Notes: generated by a model not told the origin, from the sequence alone. A stretch of DNA of 64,000 nucleotides from Macrostomum hystrix (GCA_950097015.1 CATNEN010000038.1:24738001-24802000); one strand, 5' to 3'; numbered from the stretch's first letter, positions 25,479 to 36,255 are shown. Translations and numbers: made by a program.

Positions 25479-26315
25479 TCAAATCTCAGTGTAGCCTTTT
25501 GGCTTGCACAGTCTGGCTCGCACACTGTCAAATGTGAATACACAGCCTTCCTTCACTAGCAGTGCCATATAGATCCAGAAATACCTATGCGGCAACAGGT
25601 CCAAGCCGGTTCGCTTCAAAACGAAAGCGTTGATCAGAATAAATCCAATGAAATACAACAGCGAAGCCAGACCCACAATCAACAGCATGATGTCGCCAAC
25701 ACTCCAGCTGGACTTTGGTAAAGGCTGTCTACGAATCAGGCAGCTCTCACGAGAATGCAGCTTGAATGACAGCTCATTGTCGGGAGTCATGATCGCATCT
25801 GTGATGTACGCGAAGACTAGACCTTCCGGGACGCACACGAGCGTTACTTTCGTAACGAAATTCGGTACCTGAGCTTTGTCAACACTGGTGTATCGAATCT
25901 GAGCGCTGCCATTAATCAGATAAATATCATTGTTCTCCTGACTGGCAACCTCATACCTGATGCCTAAATTAAGGGTGAAGCTAGCGCAAACAGCCGCCGT
26001 GCTGCCTGAAGTGCATGAGAAACCAGTGCACGGATTGTAGCTTAAAGTGAAGCTTAAACTGCCGGCGCTGGGAATGGACACTGTGACAAAGTTTTTAAAC
26101 CGCGGCTGACGCTGACTCTGGTTCAATCCGTCCAGAGGGGAAAGGTCAAGCAATGATCCGTCAGGAAATGAGGCTCGACAAGAGTCGATCTTCTGGCCCA
26201 GAGTGACGATTGGTAGCTCAATCTGGCTGCTCAGTTGCACAGCCGTTGCCAGTAGCAATGCTGCAATTCTTGCGAATCCAAGCTTCATCGGTACGATTGC
26301 AGAACTCTGTCGCAT
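25479..26315 (-). CDS. Cation-dependent mannose-6-phosphate receptor / ATG27-like type I membrane protein
   Basis: Signal peptide, Cys-patterned MRH-like domain (LDLSPL, YNPC, VTLVC), TM helix, the family-typical tail LLPHRYFW...VKEGCVFT and a terminal YTEI (YxxPhi). Single exon. Confidence 0.82.
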   Translation of the reverse strand: MRQSSAIVPMKLGFARIAALLLATAVQLSSQIELPIVTLGQKIDSCRASFPDGSLLDLSPLDGLNQSQRQPRFKNFVTVSIPSAGSLSFTLSYNPCTGFSCTSGSTAAVCASFTLNLGIRYEVASQENNDIYLINGSAQIRYTSVDKAQVPNFVTKVTLVCVPEGLVFAYITDAIMTPDNELSFKLHSRESCLIRRQPLPKSSWSVGDIMLLIVGLASLLYFIGFILINAFVLKRTGLDLLPHRYFWIYMALLVKEGCVFTFDSVRARLCKPKGYTEI

Positions 26316-26822
26316 TTTCAGCTATTCTCTTAGGCTATGAAACTTAGCAAAATTTTTTTGCTCATAGCCCTCCCCCCGTTTCAGAAACGTTGCTTATTAA
26401 TTCGCATTTAGAATATGCATTATAGAGACTGTACATTCTCGAGTGGACACAAGCTGTCCAGAGCCCAGAGCCAGAGCCAGGTATGTTTGGTTAGAACGAC
26501 TGCCCTCTATTGTGCACATATTTTTTCTATACAGCTGAAATGAAAATATGGTGTGTATAGTCTATTACTGTACTTGTGACAGGCAATAGTGCACATCAAT
26601 TCAGTACGAACTACTTCATGAAGACACAGGCTTTCCGCAACAGACTGACGTGAAAATTACACATTGACACTTAAGACTAGTTAAATATATGTTTGTGCCA
26701 TTTATTACAATTTTGGATCAAACTCGAAAACGTTTAGTTTTGTAGTCAAAAATGCGAGCCAATTACAAGTCAGCACAAGTTACAAGTTAGATGAATCGAA
26801 AATCATGCAGGCAACATTGGTA

Positions 26823-28110
26823 TTAAGAATATTGGATTACATGCTCCTCAAGGGATTCGACAGGTGGACGGACGTTAGTGTGATAATGGCCGATCAGGTT
26901 GCCAGTGGGCCGGTAGCGGGCCACTATGAAGGTGCGACCAGACTTGGACTTAGCCTTGGCGAAGCCAACAATCCGAGTTGAGACCCAAATCAACTGCGTG
27001 AAGAATGCTGTGGCGGTAAAATGATCAGGGGGTGCGAAGACTTAAGACTCAGGGGCAAAATATTCTGAATGTAACTTGAATTTCAATAATTTTTTTAGAA
27101 AATACGTGCTCACACGTGCGGGGTGACTCGTAATGCTGTTCAAAGTCATAGTCCTTGATCTCGCTGTACCAGGTAGACAAAACGTCTAAAACTAGAAGTG
27201 ATGTGAGTTAGAATAGCTTTTTGCATTCAATTCAAGTGTTTCTGCGTCAAATTTAAGAATTTCAGATTACAGCTGAGCGTGCAAGAAGGATTTGTTCACC
27301 TAAATTGTCACGCATTTGTCACGCACCGCACAGACAAGAGGGAGAAAACCAATAAAACAGGAAGGGAAAGTTACAAATGTATTTCGAACTGTCGGCGAAT
27401 GTTGTACGCAGTTTCTAGTTTGACCCCAAACGTGTCAGCAATCTCGCGTAATGGAGTTCCTCTCTTAATCGCTCTAATGACCAATTCGAATCGCTCGTTG
27501 GAGATATTTTCGTGGGCCATATAGAAATTGGAGCACCATGAGCCACAGAATCGCTGCTAACCTTTAAATTCTCTCTTTCTCGATTTCTCGGTAGTACATG
27601 TTTGTAGGTGAGTCTGGTTGGGTCTGGATTTGGGTAGGTGATCACCGATATTCCTATCTATCCTCGCCACTTTTCTGCAATTCATCTTGAACTGAACGCA
27701 AAAACTCTTGAACTGAATGTAAAAAGCTATATTAACAACTAAACGCGACTTGTATATAAAGCACAAATAGACAAAACCTGGCCTTTAGCTCTTGGATTTA
27801 TACCTTGATAGTAGGAGTTAACACACGGGTTGCTCACGCCGACGTTTTCGCCTTCAGCTTGATTCCAGTCGACGCAGACGCTATTCTCGGCCGCTAGAAT
27901 CATCGGGTCGTGTGTTAGGGCTTTGTCCTCTGTGGCGAGTTTGCTTGCCCAGGACTGGGCATTCTCAGCCAACTTCTCCGAGTAAAAGAGCGGTGGCGTG
28001 CCGTGTACACTCCTGTATTTATTGTTGATGACCAGGCATTGCACATTAAAAATATCCCTGGACAGTAGGGCGGCTTCCTTTGTGTTGCCCATCTCGTAGG
28101 ACGCTGCCAT
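26823..28110 (-). CDS. CAP/SCP-domain protein, GAPR-1/GLIPR2-like (exons ~27778-28110, ~27646-27685, ~27116-27185, 26823-~27007)
   Basis: NKYRSVHGTPPL, LAENAQSWA, GENV, WYSEIKDYDF, FTQLIW, IVARYRPTGN. No signal peptide. The small exon 2 is tentative. Confidence 0.85.
27371..27520 (-). pseudogene. Helix-turn-helix fragment of a Tc1/IS630-like transposase inside a CAP-gene intron
   Basis: 49 aa ORF MAHENISNERFELVIRAIKRGTPLREIADTFGVKLETAYNIRRQFEIHL*, which resembles the HTH relic at ~37800-37920. Confidence 0.5.
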
Positions 28111-28737
28111 TTAGAGTTGAAGCTTTCGATAGGATTAACTGGTCCTTTGTACGCACTTAGTTGTAAGTGCATTCGCATCCTGAACTATGCGAACTTGAAG
28201 GAATTTCAACTTGGCCCATAGACAATAATGGTTCGCTCAGTTACATGATTCGCAGAAGCGCTATTTTTTTCTAGAACTTTCTGTGCTAAAGTGCATCTGT
28301 AATAAAACTGATAGATCTAGCTCGTGACTGCGATCCGGAAAATGTGTATTTCTGGGCCTTTTCATCAAGACAGAGCTAGGTTTTCAGCTCGATGCTCGTA
28401 TTAATCTTGAACCGAAAACGACCATTCGATCTATAAGCCAACCAACCAAATAATTTGTGACGAAGCGACACTGAGTAGCAAGTATGTACATTTATGCCAA
28501 CTATGAAAGATAAGTTAAGAAAGATAAGAAAGATGAAAGCTGCTAAAAGCCGATTGGCTGAATGGTGGCAGATAGCTTTGTACACAGCAGAGAGAAATAG
28601 GGACAGATCACAAATTTGAAAATTTGGCCACGAGTTTGGGGGGCTCAATTTTCAATGTTGCTATAGCTGCTGAGCTACAAGCTATTTTTTTACTTGAAAG
28701 CCTAGAGAAGCTATCGATGACATAAACTAAATCCAAT

Positions 28738-30609
28738 AATAGTATATTATTACCCAGGCTTTCAGGGCGATAATGGGAAAGCCAGAGGGCGCCGAAGGCG
28801 CCCGAGGGATTTCTCATTATCGCCCGCAAAGCCTGGGTAATACTGTGATTGTACCATAGACTATGTGGCTGAGTAACAAGACAAACCATATCAGCCATAG
28901 ACAAAATGATTTAATCACAAACTATACAGTTCAATTATAAGATAAAGAATAATGAAGCAAAGAGAAGCAAACAACTAGAGAAAGAAGCTAGACTTCTTTA
29001 TTCTTCACCGTCATATGCTAGATCGACCATGCTGAACTACAAAGCAATTTTAGAGAAAGAAATTTCTGGTCTCTCATCGGACGAACTTCAATTCGTGACC
29101 ACGCTTAGTGATGGACGGCGCGAGGAAGAAGCTGTATATCAGTCCACGGGACTGCCAGTACTTGAGACGGAAATGATTGAGAGTTTTCTGGCTGAAGTGT
29201 CCACATGTAAGGCTTTGACTGACGAAGATCTGAATGAAATTGCCAAGATGGAGGACTTAGGCAAAGTCTGGTCTACTGAGAAGGCAACAGCTACGTACGC
29301 CGCTCGTTTCCGAAAATTTCTTGACGATCGAGGACTGCCATCGCAACTTGAGACAATACCGACTCGATATTTATGTCACTATCTGCGCCTGTATTTTTCA
29401 GTGGTTAAAAAGGATGATGGAACGGCGTACAGTTGCAGTTCGCTGGTATGCATGCGCGCAGGAATCTACCGGTATTTGAAGAATTTACGAGGTTTGGATA
29501 TCATCGGCAATGTTGAATTTAGCGCTTTTGAGAAGACTTTCAAAGCTGCTCTTACGTACTCTCTGAAGAAACCTGTTTCGGTGATGGATGGTGACGGTGG
29601 GTATCGAGCATTGGAGCCTGAAGATTTGGCGTTGTTGCATGCGTACTTCGACCGGAGCTCGCCACAGAAACTGCAACAGGAAGTCTTCTTTGTCCTGAGC
29701 TCACACTTTGCCTTTCGTGGACGTGAATGGATTCGAGCGCTTGAGAAAAAAGATGTCATTCTGCGGGAATCCACCGGAGGTATGACGTGCGTTGACTTGC
29801 AGAAAGAAAAGAAAGAAAAGTGTGTGTCCGCCGATGCCCCTCGGTCCAATCGCGAGATTGGGATTTTTCCTGTGCAAGACAAATCTGTGTGCCCAGTTGA
29901 AGCGATCAAACTGTATCTTTCGAAGCTTCCATCTGAGAACGGCTCTCTGTTTCCCAGGCCTGCCGTCAAGTGGCAGAATGGAGCATGGTATTGCCCAAAA
30001 GATGTATTGGGCAAGAACACATTGGCCAGCATGATGAAGACGATCTCGAAAGCGGCCAGGCTCTCGCGGGACTACACCAACCATTCGATCCGCGCAACAA
30101 CCATAACAAACCTGTCTTCTGCTGGATTCAGTGCCGAAGCGATTCAAACCGTCTCTGGGCACAAAAAGGTGGATAGTGTTGTCCGTTATACAAAGCGGAC
30201 AACAGTGGCCCAGAAGCGCGCATTGTCTTCGGCTATCACAGATAGTCTACATGCCTCTACATCGAGCGTGGTCAGACATCAAGCACAAGCACTCTGCGAA
30301 AAGTCATCCAGCGTTCCAACTGCCGTCACAACTATTGGCCAGCCTGATAAATCCGGCCCGACGATCGTCTTGGAGAAGAACGGGGCTAAATGTTACATTT
30401 ATATGTGAGTGCAAAAAGGTCGCTTTGCGAAATTAGGCTTTGGCTCTGGACTCTAACTGCTTTGTTGGATGTTTTGTTTATTTTGTTGAAATACGTTAAA
30501 ATACACAAAAATAATCCATTATCGGCCCAACTTTTCGGGCCAAAATGACATCGTCTATGGCAATAATCGAATATCAGCCCGCCCGATAGCCACGTAGTCA
30601 TGGTACAAT
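28738..30609 (+). mobile_element. Full-length Crypton (tyrosine-recombinase DNA transposon), ~1.87 kb
   Basis: Ends defined by identity to the 263 bp derivative at 46540-46813. Terminal AAT direct repeat, a 95 nt left hairpin (28748-28842) and a subterminal inverted repeat (28848-28870 vs 30588-30609). Confidence 0.88.
29029..30408 (+). CDS. Crypton tyrosine recombinase (CryptonA/DUF3504-like), 459 aa, catalytic motifs intact
   Basis: R (FAFRGRE), HxxR (YTNHSIRAT), H (VSGHK) and Y (VVRY), plus the CPV..IKLYLSKLP and WY....LGKNTL..MM motifs typical of animal Cryptons and their KCTD1/ZMYM relatives. Confidence 0.93.
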   Translation: MLNYKAILEKEISGLSSDELQFVTTLSDGRREEEAVYQSTGLPVLETEMIESFLAEVSTCKALTDEDLNEIAKMEDLGKVWSTEKATATYAARFRKFLDDRGLPSQLETIPTRYLCHYLRLYFSVVKKDDGTAYSCSSLVCMRAGIYRYLKNLRGLDIIGNVEFSAFEKTFKAALTYSLKKPVSVMDGDGGYRALEPEDLALLHAYFDRSSPQKLQQEVFFVLSSHFAFRGREWIRALEKKDVILRESTGGMTCVDLQKEKKEKCVSADAPRSNREIGIFPVQDKSVCPVEAIKLYLSKLPSENGSLFPRPAVKWQNGAWYCPKDVLGKNTLASMMKTISKAARLSRDYTNHSIRATTITNLSSAGFSAEAIQTVSGHKKVDSVVRYTKRTTVAQKRALSSAITDSLHASTSSVVRHQAQALCEKSSSVPTAVTTIGQPDKSGPTIVLEKNGAKCYIYM

Positions 30610-30995
30610 TATACTCTCGTACGAGAAAAAGGCAATGTCTCAAAAATAGGTATAATTTTTTAAAAGTATATTGATAAGGACAATCATGAGGTCTGGCCAT
30701 GCTGCTCTAACATGAATTAGTTAAAAAAACTAAAACTGCTTTGAGAATAACAAGGCAACTGATTTTATTTGCAGATTCCACAGAAAACTGACCGAAATAG
30801 GCAAAATAGCAGGCTTCAAATTTTAGCCAATGAGACTAGAAGGCTAGATGACATCTAGCCAATAGAATTCCTTAGCTTTCCAGCAGATAGACAGATGTCG
30901 CCTCACGTGGTTATAAAGCGAATGATCCTAATGCATTTCCACGGAATCTTTTCTCAATTCACCTCACTCGCCAGAACCCCCAAAGAGTTCAAGCC

Positions 30996-32108
30996 ATGCT
31001 TGAAAACGACACTTCAACAGAAACAACAAGCGACGCCCCGTTCCCAGACCCGGGCGAGGCCTCTCGCAATCTCGCCATCACTATCCAGGTGTTCAATGTG
31101 CTCGGCCTGGCACTGAACGTCAGTTTGGCAGCTGCCCTGTGCAGTCTGGGCTCCAGAACTGGCGCCAAAGGTGTCCTACTGCTCACTGTAACCGAGATAG
31201 GAATCAACATGTCCCTGCTGATCATGCACTCCGAACTATGGGCCGGTAACGAGAAGCACATTCACATTGTGGAAAAGTTCAACTTCAGCTTTGAAGCGTT
31301 TCATTTGCTGCGCAACTTCTGGCTTTGCGTGATGACCATCGCCAGGACGGTGGCAGTCAGGCGACCATTTCTTAGCCGGGCGCTACTTTCCAGGAAACAA
31401 CAGGCCTACCTGTTCTCGACTGCCGCCGCATTCAGCGCTGCTTGGAGCTGCTTGGACCTGTTGCTAGTTAATTATTTCAACAGTCCTGGAGCTAAGAGTC
31501 TGAGCCGAGCCCTGGCACTGATTCGTCACTTTCTCAATACCGTGGTTGCCGGTTCCGTCATTGTGACAACAGCCGCGCTCATTGTCTATCATATTAGACG
31601 CACGAATGTTTTTAACTTCAGGCGCAGAGAAAGTCAGGCTAGCAAGATTGTTGTCACGATCAGCGTGGCTTTCATGCTTCTGGAGCTGCCCTACGCATTC
31701 GTGGTCTACCTGGGAATTATTCGACTAATGACAACTGGCATATCGGCATTTCCCAAGTACTTTGCCGAAATTGTCCACATCCTCTATCGGGTGAATCATC
31801 TGCTGATTGTGATCGACACCTGCCTGAACCTGTTTGTGATGCTCATATTTAGCTCGAGTTTTCGACTGCAGCTGCTTCTAGCAATCAGGCGCCGGTGTTC
31901 AAAGTCTAGAAAACTGAACCGACCTAACCAGCGCCGTCAACTGTCTGGAGGCGATGGCAGCACAATACGACTTCAGAAGCGAACAAGCAGGTCTGTTGAG
32001 AGCACTAATAATGGCGGCAAGGAAAATGATGCTCATTGCTCCAGACTCATTGCTCCGGGCCAGCCGGCTGTGTACAGGGAAGATCAGAATCGAGTGACAG
32101 CTCTTTGA
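30996..32108 (+). CDS. Intronless divergent rhodopsin-class 7TM receptor
   Basis: Seven hydrophobic segments; MTIARTVAVRRPF at the DRY position, FMLLELPY in TM6 and DTCLNLFVMLIFSSSFR for TM7/helix 8. Confidence 0.85.
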   Translation: MLENDTSTETTSDAPFPDPGEASRNLAITIQVFNVLGLALNVSLAAALCSLGSRTGAKGVLLLTVTEIGINMSLLIMHSELWAGNEKHIHIVEKFNFSFEAFHLLRNFWLCVMTIARTVAVRRPFLSRALLSRKQQAYLFSTAAAFSAAWSCLDLLLVNYFNSPGAKSLSRALALIRHFLNTVVAGSVIVTTAALIVYHIRRTNVFNFRRRESQASKIVVTISVAFMLLELPYAFVVYLGIIRLMTTGISAFPKYFAEIVHILYRVNHLLIVIDTCLNLFVMLIFSSSFRLQLLLAIRRRCSKSRKLNRPNQRRQLSGGDGSTIRLQKRTSRSVESTNNGGKENDAHCSRLIAPGQPAVYREDQNRVTAL

Positions 32109-33337
32109 TGAAGAAACCTTTTTCTCGACTATGAAAAAGGAAAAAAGCAAATCAATTAGCGACCACTATTATATGGCCTAATCTTTGCGTCACAATTATT
32201 GCGTACCGCTTTCATGTTTTTTCGCGTAGCGCTCATAGTTATCTTCAAAGATTGGCCATAGAAGAAGTTTCAGTGTTTGGTGTATAAGCACAGGAGAGAT
32301 GTGATTCCGTGATTCGTTTGGGCCATAGATCATTATTCAAGGCTAAGACATACTACACAATTAACCATAGACTTCACTGGAAATATTAATAACGCTTAAT
32401 AATGCTTAATAACCTTCCCATGTCTATAATTATTTGTCAATTCAACTACTGAATATCATAGAAAAATAAATTTGAACAAGTCTATATAGCAGACTGACTA
32501 TTAGTCAGCTGATCAAAGGCGAATCAGGCTAATGCGCTTTCGTGACGATTAAATGTCAGAAATAAAGAAATGCCTAGAAAAAATGCATTTCGCATTCTTT
32601 GATGGATCACGAATAACCAAACGAGTTGAAAAACAATTTTATCATTATCAGTTTCTAATAATAGGCAAGAAGTTTCTTTCTGACGAAGCCTTTTAGCTGT
32701 TTATTATATTGCATTACATACAGGTCGATGGTTCCAGAACCCGCATAAGGAGAATGAGAGGGCTAAATTGATAAAGCAGGGAGAAATAAAGCTCCCACGG
32801 TAATCCACACCGCATTGCTGCACGGTTGGGTGACGTCAAGGGATACATTGCGGAACGGGATTGCCGATGACGACTTTTGAGGCTACCCTCGTTTAGTTAG
32901 ATGTGAAATGCTCATATGCGCACAGGTGAAATCCCTTGATTTCAGAGATTAGGGGATTAAAGTAGAGGACAGTTTCGGAATATAATTATTTATATCGCTT
33001 AAATAGTTATATCCCTTAATTATTATATATAATTATATATATTACTTATATTTATAAACAAAAAGATTTTAGCATAGACACTGTTCAACATACTTACAGC
33101 CAGTTTCATAGAAAACTTGAAGGTGCTACAAGTAATTAGGCCCAAGTAGCGAAAAGTATTTTAATATGTTTCATAAAAAAACTAAAGGTTTACAAGTTCT
33201 GACAAGTGACAAGTTGTAAGCTATGAGCAATGGTTACAAGTGTATTGTAATACATTGACGCCACTCTACAAAAAGTCGAAACCGCTCGTTGACTTCAAAA
33301 TTTGATCAGGTAACTTTTCCCCGGCGAAGGGGGTCAA

Positions 33338-33692
33338 TGGCATAGCGGTCTAACGCGTCCCTGAGCTCGATTCCGCGGCGAGGAAGAATTAAATTGGGGC
33401 GCAGCCGCGGAGAGAAGGCTTGGGGGATTGTCGTGCAATTGACGCCTTCGAGGGCCAACCTCGAAAGCACAGCGAAAGTGTACACTGCCTGACGATGAGA
33501 AAGTCAGGGCAGATGTACACACCCCCTGGGTGACTATGTGCCTGCGTACGGTATCTTTGTGCATGTGTGCTCAGGATTCAGCGAAATGGGCAGAGTTGCC
33601 TACTCGCTGGCTGCGGGTCTATAGTGCCACCGATTGATGCGCAATGGCCCGCAGCCCTCCTGCAATTATTATTTTATTATTATTATTATTTC
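33338..33692 (+). mobile_element. SINE family A (anticodon region of the head deleted)
   Basis: Head ggcatagcggtctaacgcg|tccctgagctcgattcc, the family body and an (ATT)n tail. Confidence 0.75.
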
Positions 33693-34950
33693 CACCCGAC
33701 AAGAAGGACATGTGTGTTGAAACCTCATCGCAAAAACAAGTCTTGAGTTATCCTGCAATACAGAACGGGTGCAAATTTCCGTTGCTGTAACCAAGTGTAA
33801 CCGACCGGCTGTTCACGAAACCGACTATCCCACAAAAAATCCGATTTGGGTGGGCAAAGCAGTGGAAAACTATAGCTGGTGCACTGCCTGACGATCCATT
33901 CCTGACGATGCAGCCATATCGTCAACTTTTTCTCGGATACAGATACAACGCAACAGTTTGTAGACTATTGAATTCTAGAACAGTTTGATATGCAATGAGT
34001 TGGAGATTGACAGGGTTAAGAATTTTTGTTTTCTGATTAGTAGAAAGTTCGGTATTTTGGTTGATTTTCAATCAGTTGGATACCCAGGTTACTAGGCCTA
34101 AGCTTGAATTAAAGCTCCAATTGCGTGAACACACAGCGCCTGGGCAGGACAAGGCGTCTAGGTGAAAATATTTTTCTGACATTGCGATAATTACATTCTC
34201 AGCAGCAAAATCGAACGTGACTTGCGTACTGCCAACATTTGCTGGGGGGAGGAAATTCGGCGGAAAATTGCATCAGTGTATTTTCCACAGCTGATTATTA
34301 TACTGAGTAAACTAAAAGCTTCCTTCTAGAAAAATACATAAGACATTTCTCTATTCCGTCTTTAAGTTTTTTGACCTTATTCTAACCCAGGGGTTACGCC
34401 AACAATCGGCTAACAGATTATCTTGAGTTAGCATAGTTATAGAGTTAATAATTTACCTAATTATGATAGTTTTACCTAGACACTGTACTTAGCATATACT
34501 TGACCTTCAGCGGTCGAATTTTCTACTCATTTTTTTCGAGTGAAGAATCGGAAGAGCACTTTAATAACCAGGAAAACAATATTGAAACAGTATTTAGAGT
34601 GCTACCAGATGGCCCCTGTTTAATTGTCAGTTGAAAAACATTTACACACTTGTTCAAGATGTGAAGCTGGAGTCGATTAACAGAGATCTGATGCTGCATA
34701 TGTTCTAGGTGTGAAGTAAGCAAATGTGAAAGTATGCAAATTATCATAGAAAAGTCAGCTACGAGAATTTCACATCGCAGTAACAGTTAATAGACCGCGC
34801 GTGACAAAGCAAAATTGGCTATTTTACCATAACCGTTGTGTATTAACCCCATAGGTGATTCGCATGGCAGAAGTATAGGATAATACCCCCTGCAGACTTC
34901 TATGCAATCAACCGTGCCAAGGCCATAGCCAACGAATCCTGAGTTTTGAT

Positions 34951-35311
34951 AATATAACATTAATACCCATGCTTTAAGGGCGTTAATGGAAAATCAGAGA
35001 GCGCCGTTTGGCTCCCGAGGATTTTTCAATGACGCCCGCAAAGCTTGGGTATCAATTTTATTGTACCATAGACGTTTTTGCCCAAGCTATACTTTCAGAG
35101 TCAGAGGCGGGGTGTGGGGCAGAGCCCCCACTTCGGTGTGCCATAGACATTTTAGCCTCAGTAAGCCATTCCTATTGGTCGATGCCTTTTTGCGGGCGGT
35201 TAATGGCTATTAACTGCCCGCAAGAAAATTACCGAGCATTAATTAATTCATCTATGGCCATTAACGGGCAAGACCTTCTGCCCGCCGAGCAAAAAGGTCA
35301 TGGTACAATAT
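34951..35311 (+). mobile_element. Non-autonomous Crypton, second family (mini-B)
   Basis: Same end grammar as the full element: AAT, left hairpin, attgtaccatagac ... gtcatggtacAAT. Terminal direct repeat AATAT; no ORF. Confidence 0.8.
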
Positions 35312-35372
35312 TTAATACTCAAATCAAATCAAGAACTACCTAAATCCAAGGACTTCTATATAATAGCATCTG

Positions 35373-36255
35373 GGCCCGATTTCATAAAGCACTTGTCCGA
35401 CAAATTACAACTGACAAGTGACAATTCCGTAAATTAATGCGTTTCATAAACATGACCTACAAGTTGTCAATTCGGCAAGTTACAAGTTACAAGTGACAAG
35501 TAAAATTCGACAAATTAAAAGCGCTTTTCTCGGGGTTTTGACCATAGATATTTGCTGAATCAGTTGCTTCTGCGCAGAATCGGCTCTTTTATTCATCCGA
35601 GTTTGACAAGTGGTTGGGACACTTGTAACACAGATCGCAAACTTCTACTATATTTGCTTTCGCCATGTCCGACACGGAAGATGAAGAGGAGTTGGCAATG
35701 CTGGCAAGACAATTTCCAAGGACATTCAAGGAACGTATTAATTTCCAGCCCCAAGGCTTTTACTTTTCTGAGCGTTTTAGACTCCGAACTGATCACGTGG
35801 AGAACTTGCTGCAAATAGTTGGACCTATTATTTCTCACAGCACGCACAGGAACAAAGCCCTGACTCCACAAGAGCAACTTTTTTGCACCCTGAGATTTTT
35901 GGCCTGTGGTAGCTTTTACTACGTCGTCGGAGATGCGCATGGTGTTTCAAAGGCAACAATATGCAGGACTGTTCGACGAGTTATAAAATGATAACGTAGC
36001 TTTAAAAAGTGAAGCAGATTTTCGAGTTCCGCCGGGAGTTTGGCTTTGGACCATAGACTAAAGAGGCAACACAAGTGTCTCCACAAAAATGGATCGATTT
36101 CTCACAGTTTGCCCATAGACACCAGACACGATCTATTTTTAACACGAAGGGCGAGCTTCGGTTTATGAAACCGAAATCGTTGTCACTTGTCGCTTGTTGC
36201 TTGTAACTTGTCAATTTGTCACTTGTCGCTTGTAGGTTTTTTATGAAATCGGGCC
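35373..36255 (+). mobile_element. Internally deleted PIF/Harbinger transposon
   Basis: TIRs ggcccgatttcataaa / tttatgaaatcgggcc, 3 bp TSD CTG, subterminal acaag repeats, and a truncated HARBI1-like ORF at 35665-35991 (LRFLACGSFYYVVGDAHGVSKATICR). Confidence 0.9.

Noticed and set aside
28735-28755. Resemblance of ATAATAGTATATTAT to the bacterial dif core
   Set aside because: Short, AT-rich and partly made of flanking DNA. Not evidence of bacterial origin, although it fits the general layout of tyrosine-recombinase sites.
29466-30436. Antisense and alternate-frame ORFs over the recombinase, ferlin and GPCR genes
   Set aside because: Shadows of real coding sequence with no recognisable motifs.
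33478-33520. Hammerhead-like CTGACGA...GAAA in SINE family A
   Set aside because: Only 3 nt lie between the core motifs, so there is no stem II, and no stem III or cleavage triplet is evident. The segment is better explained as a simple hairpin, and the motif is not kept in all copies.
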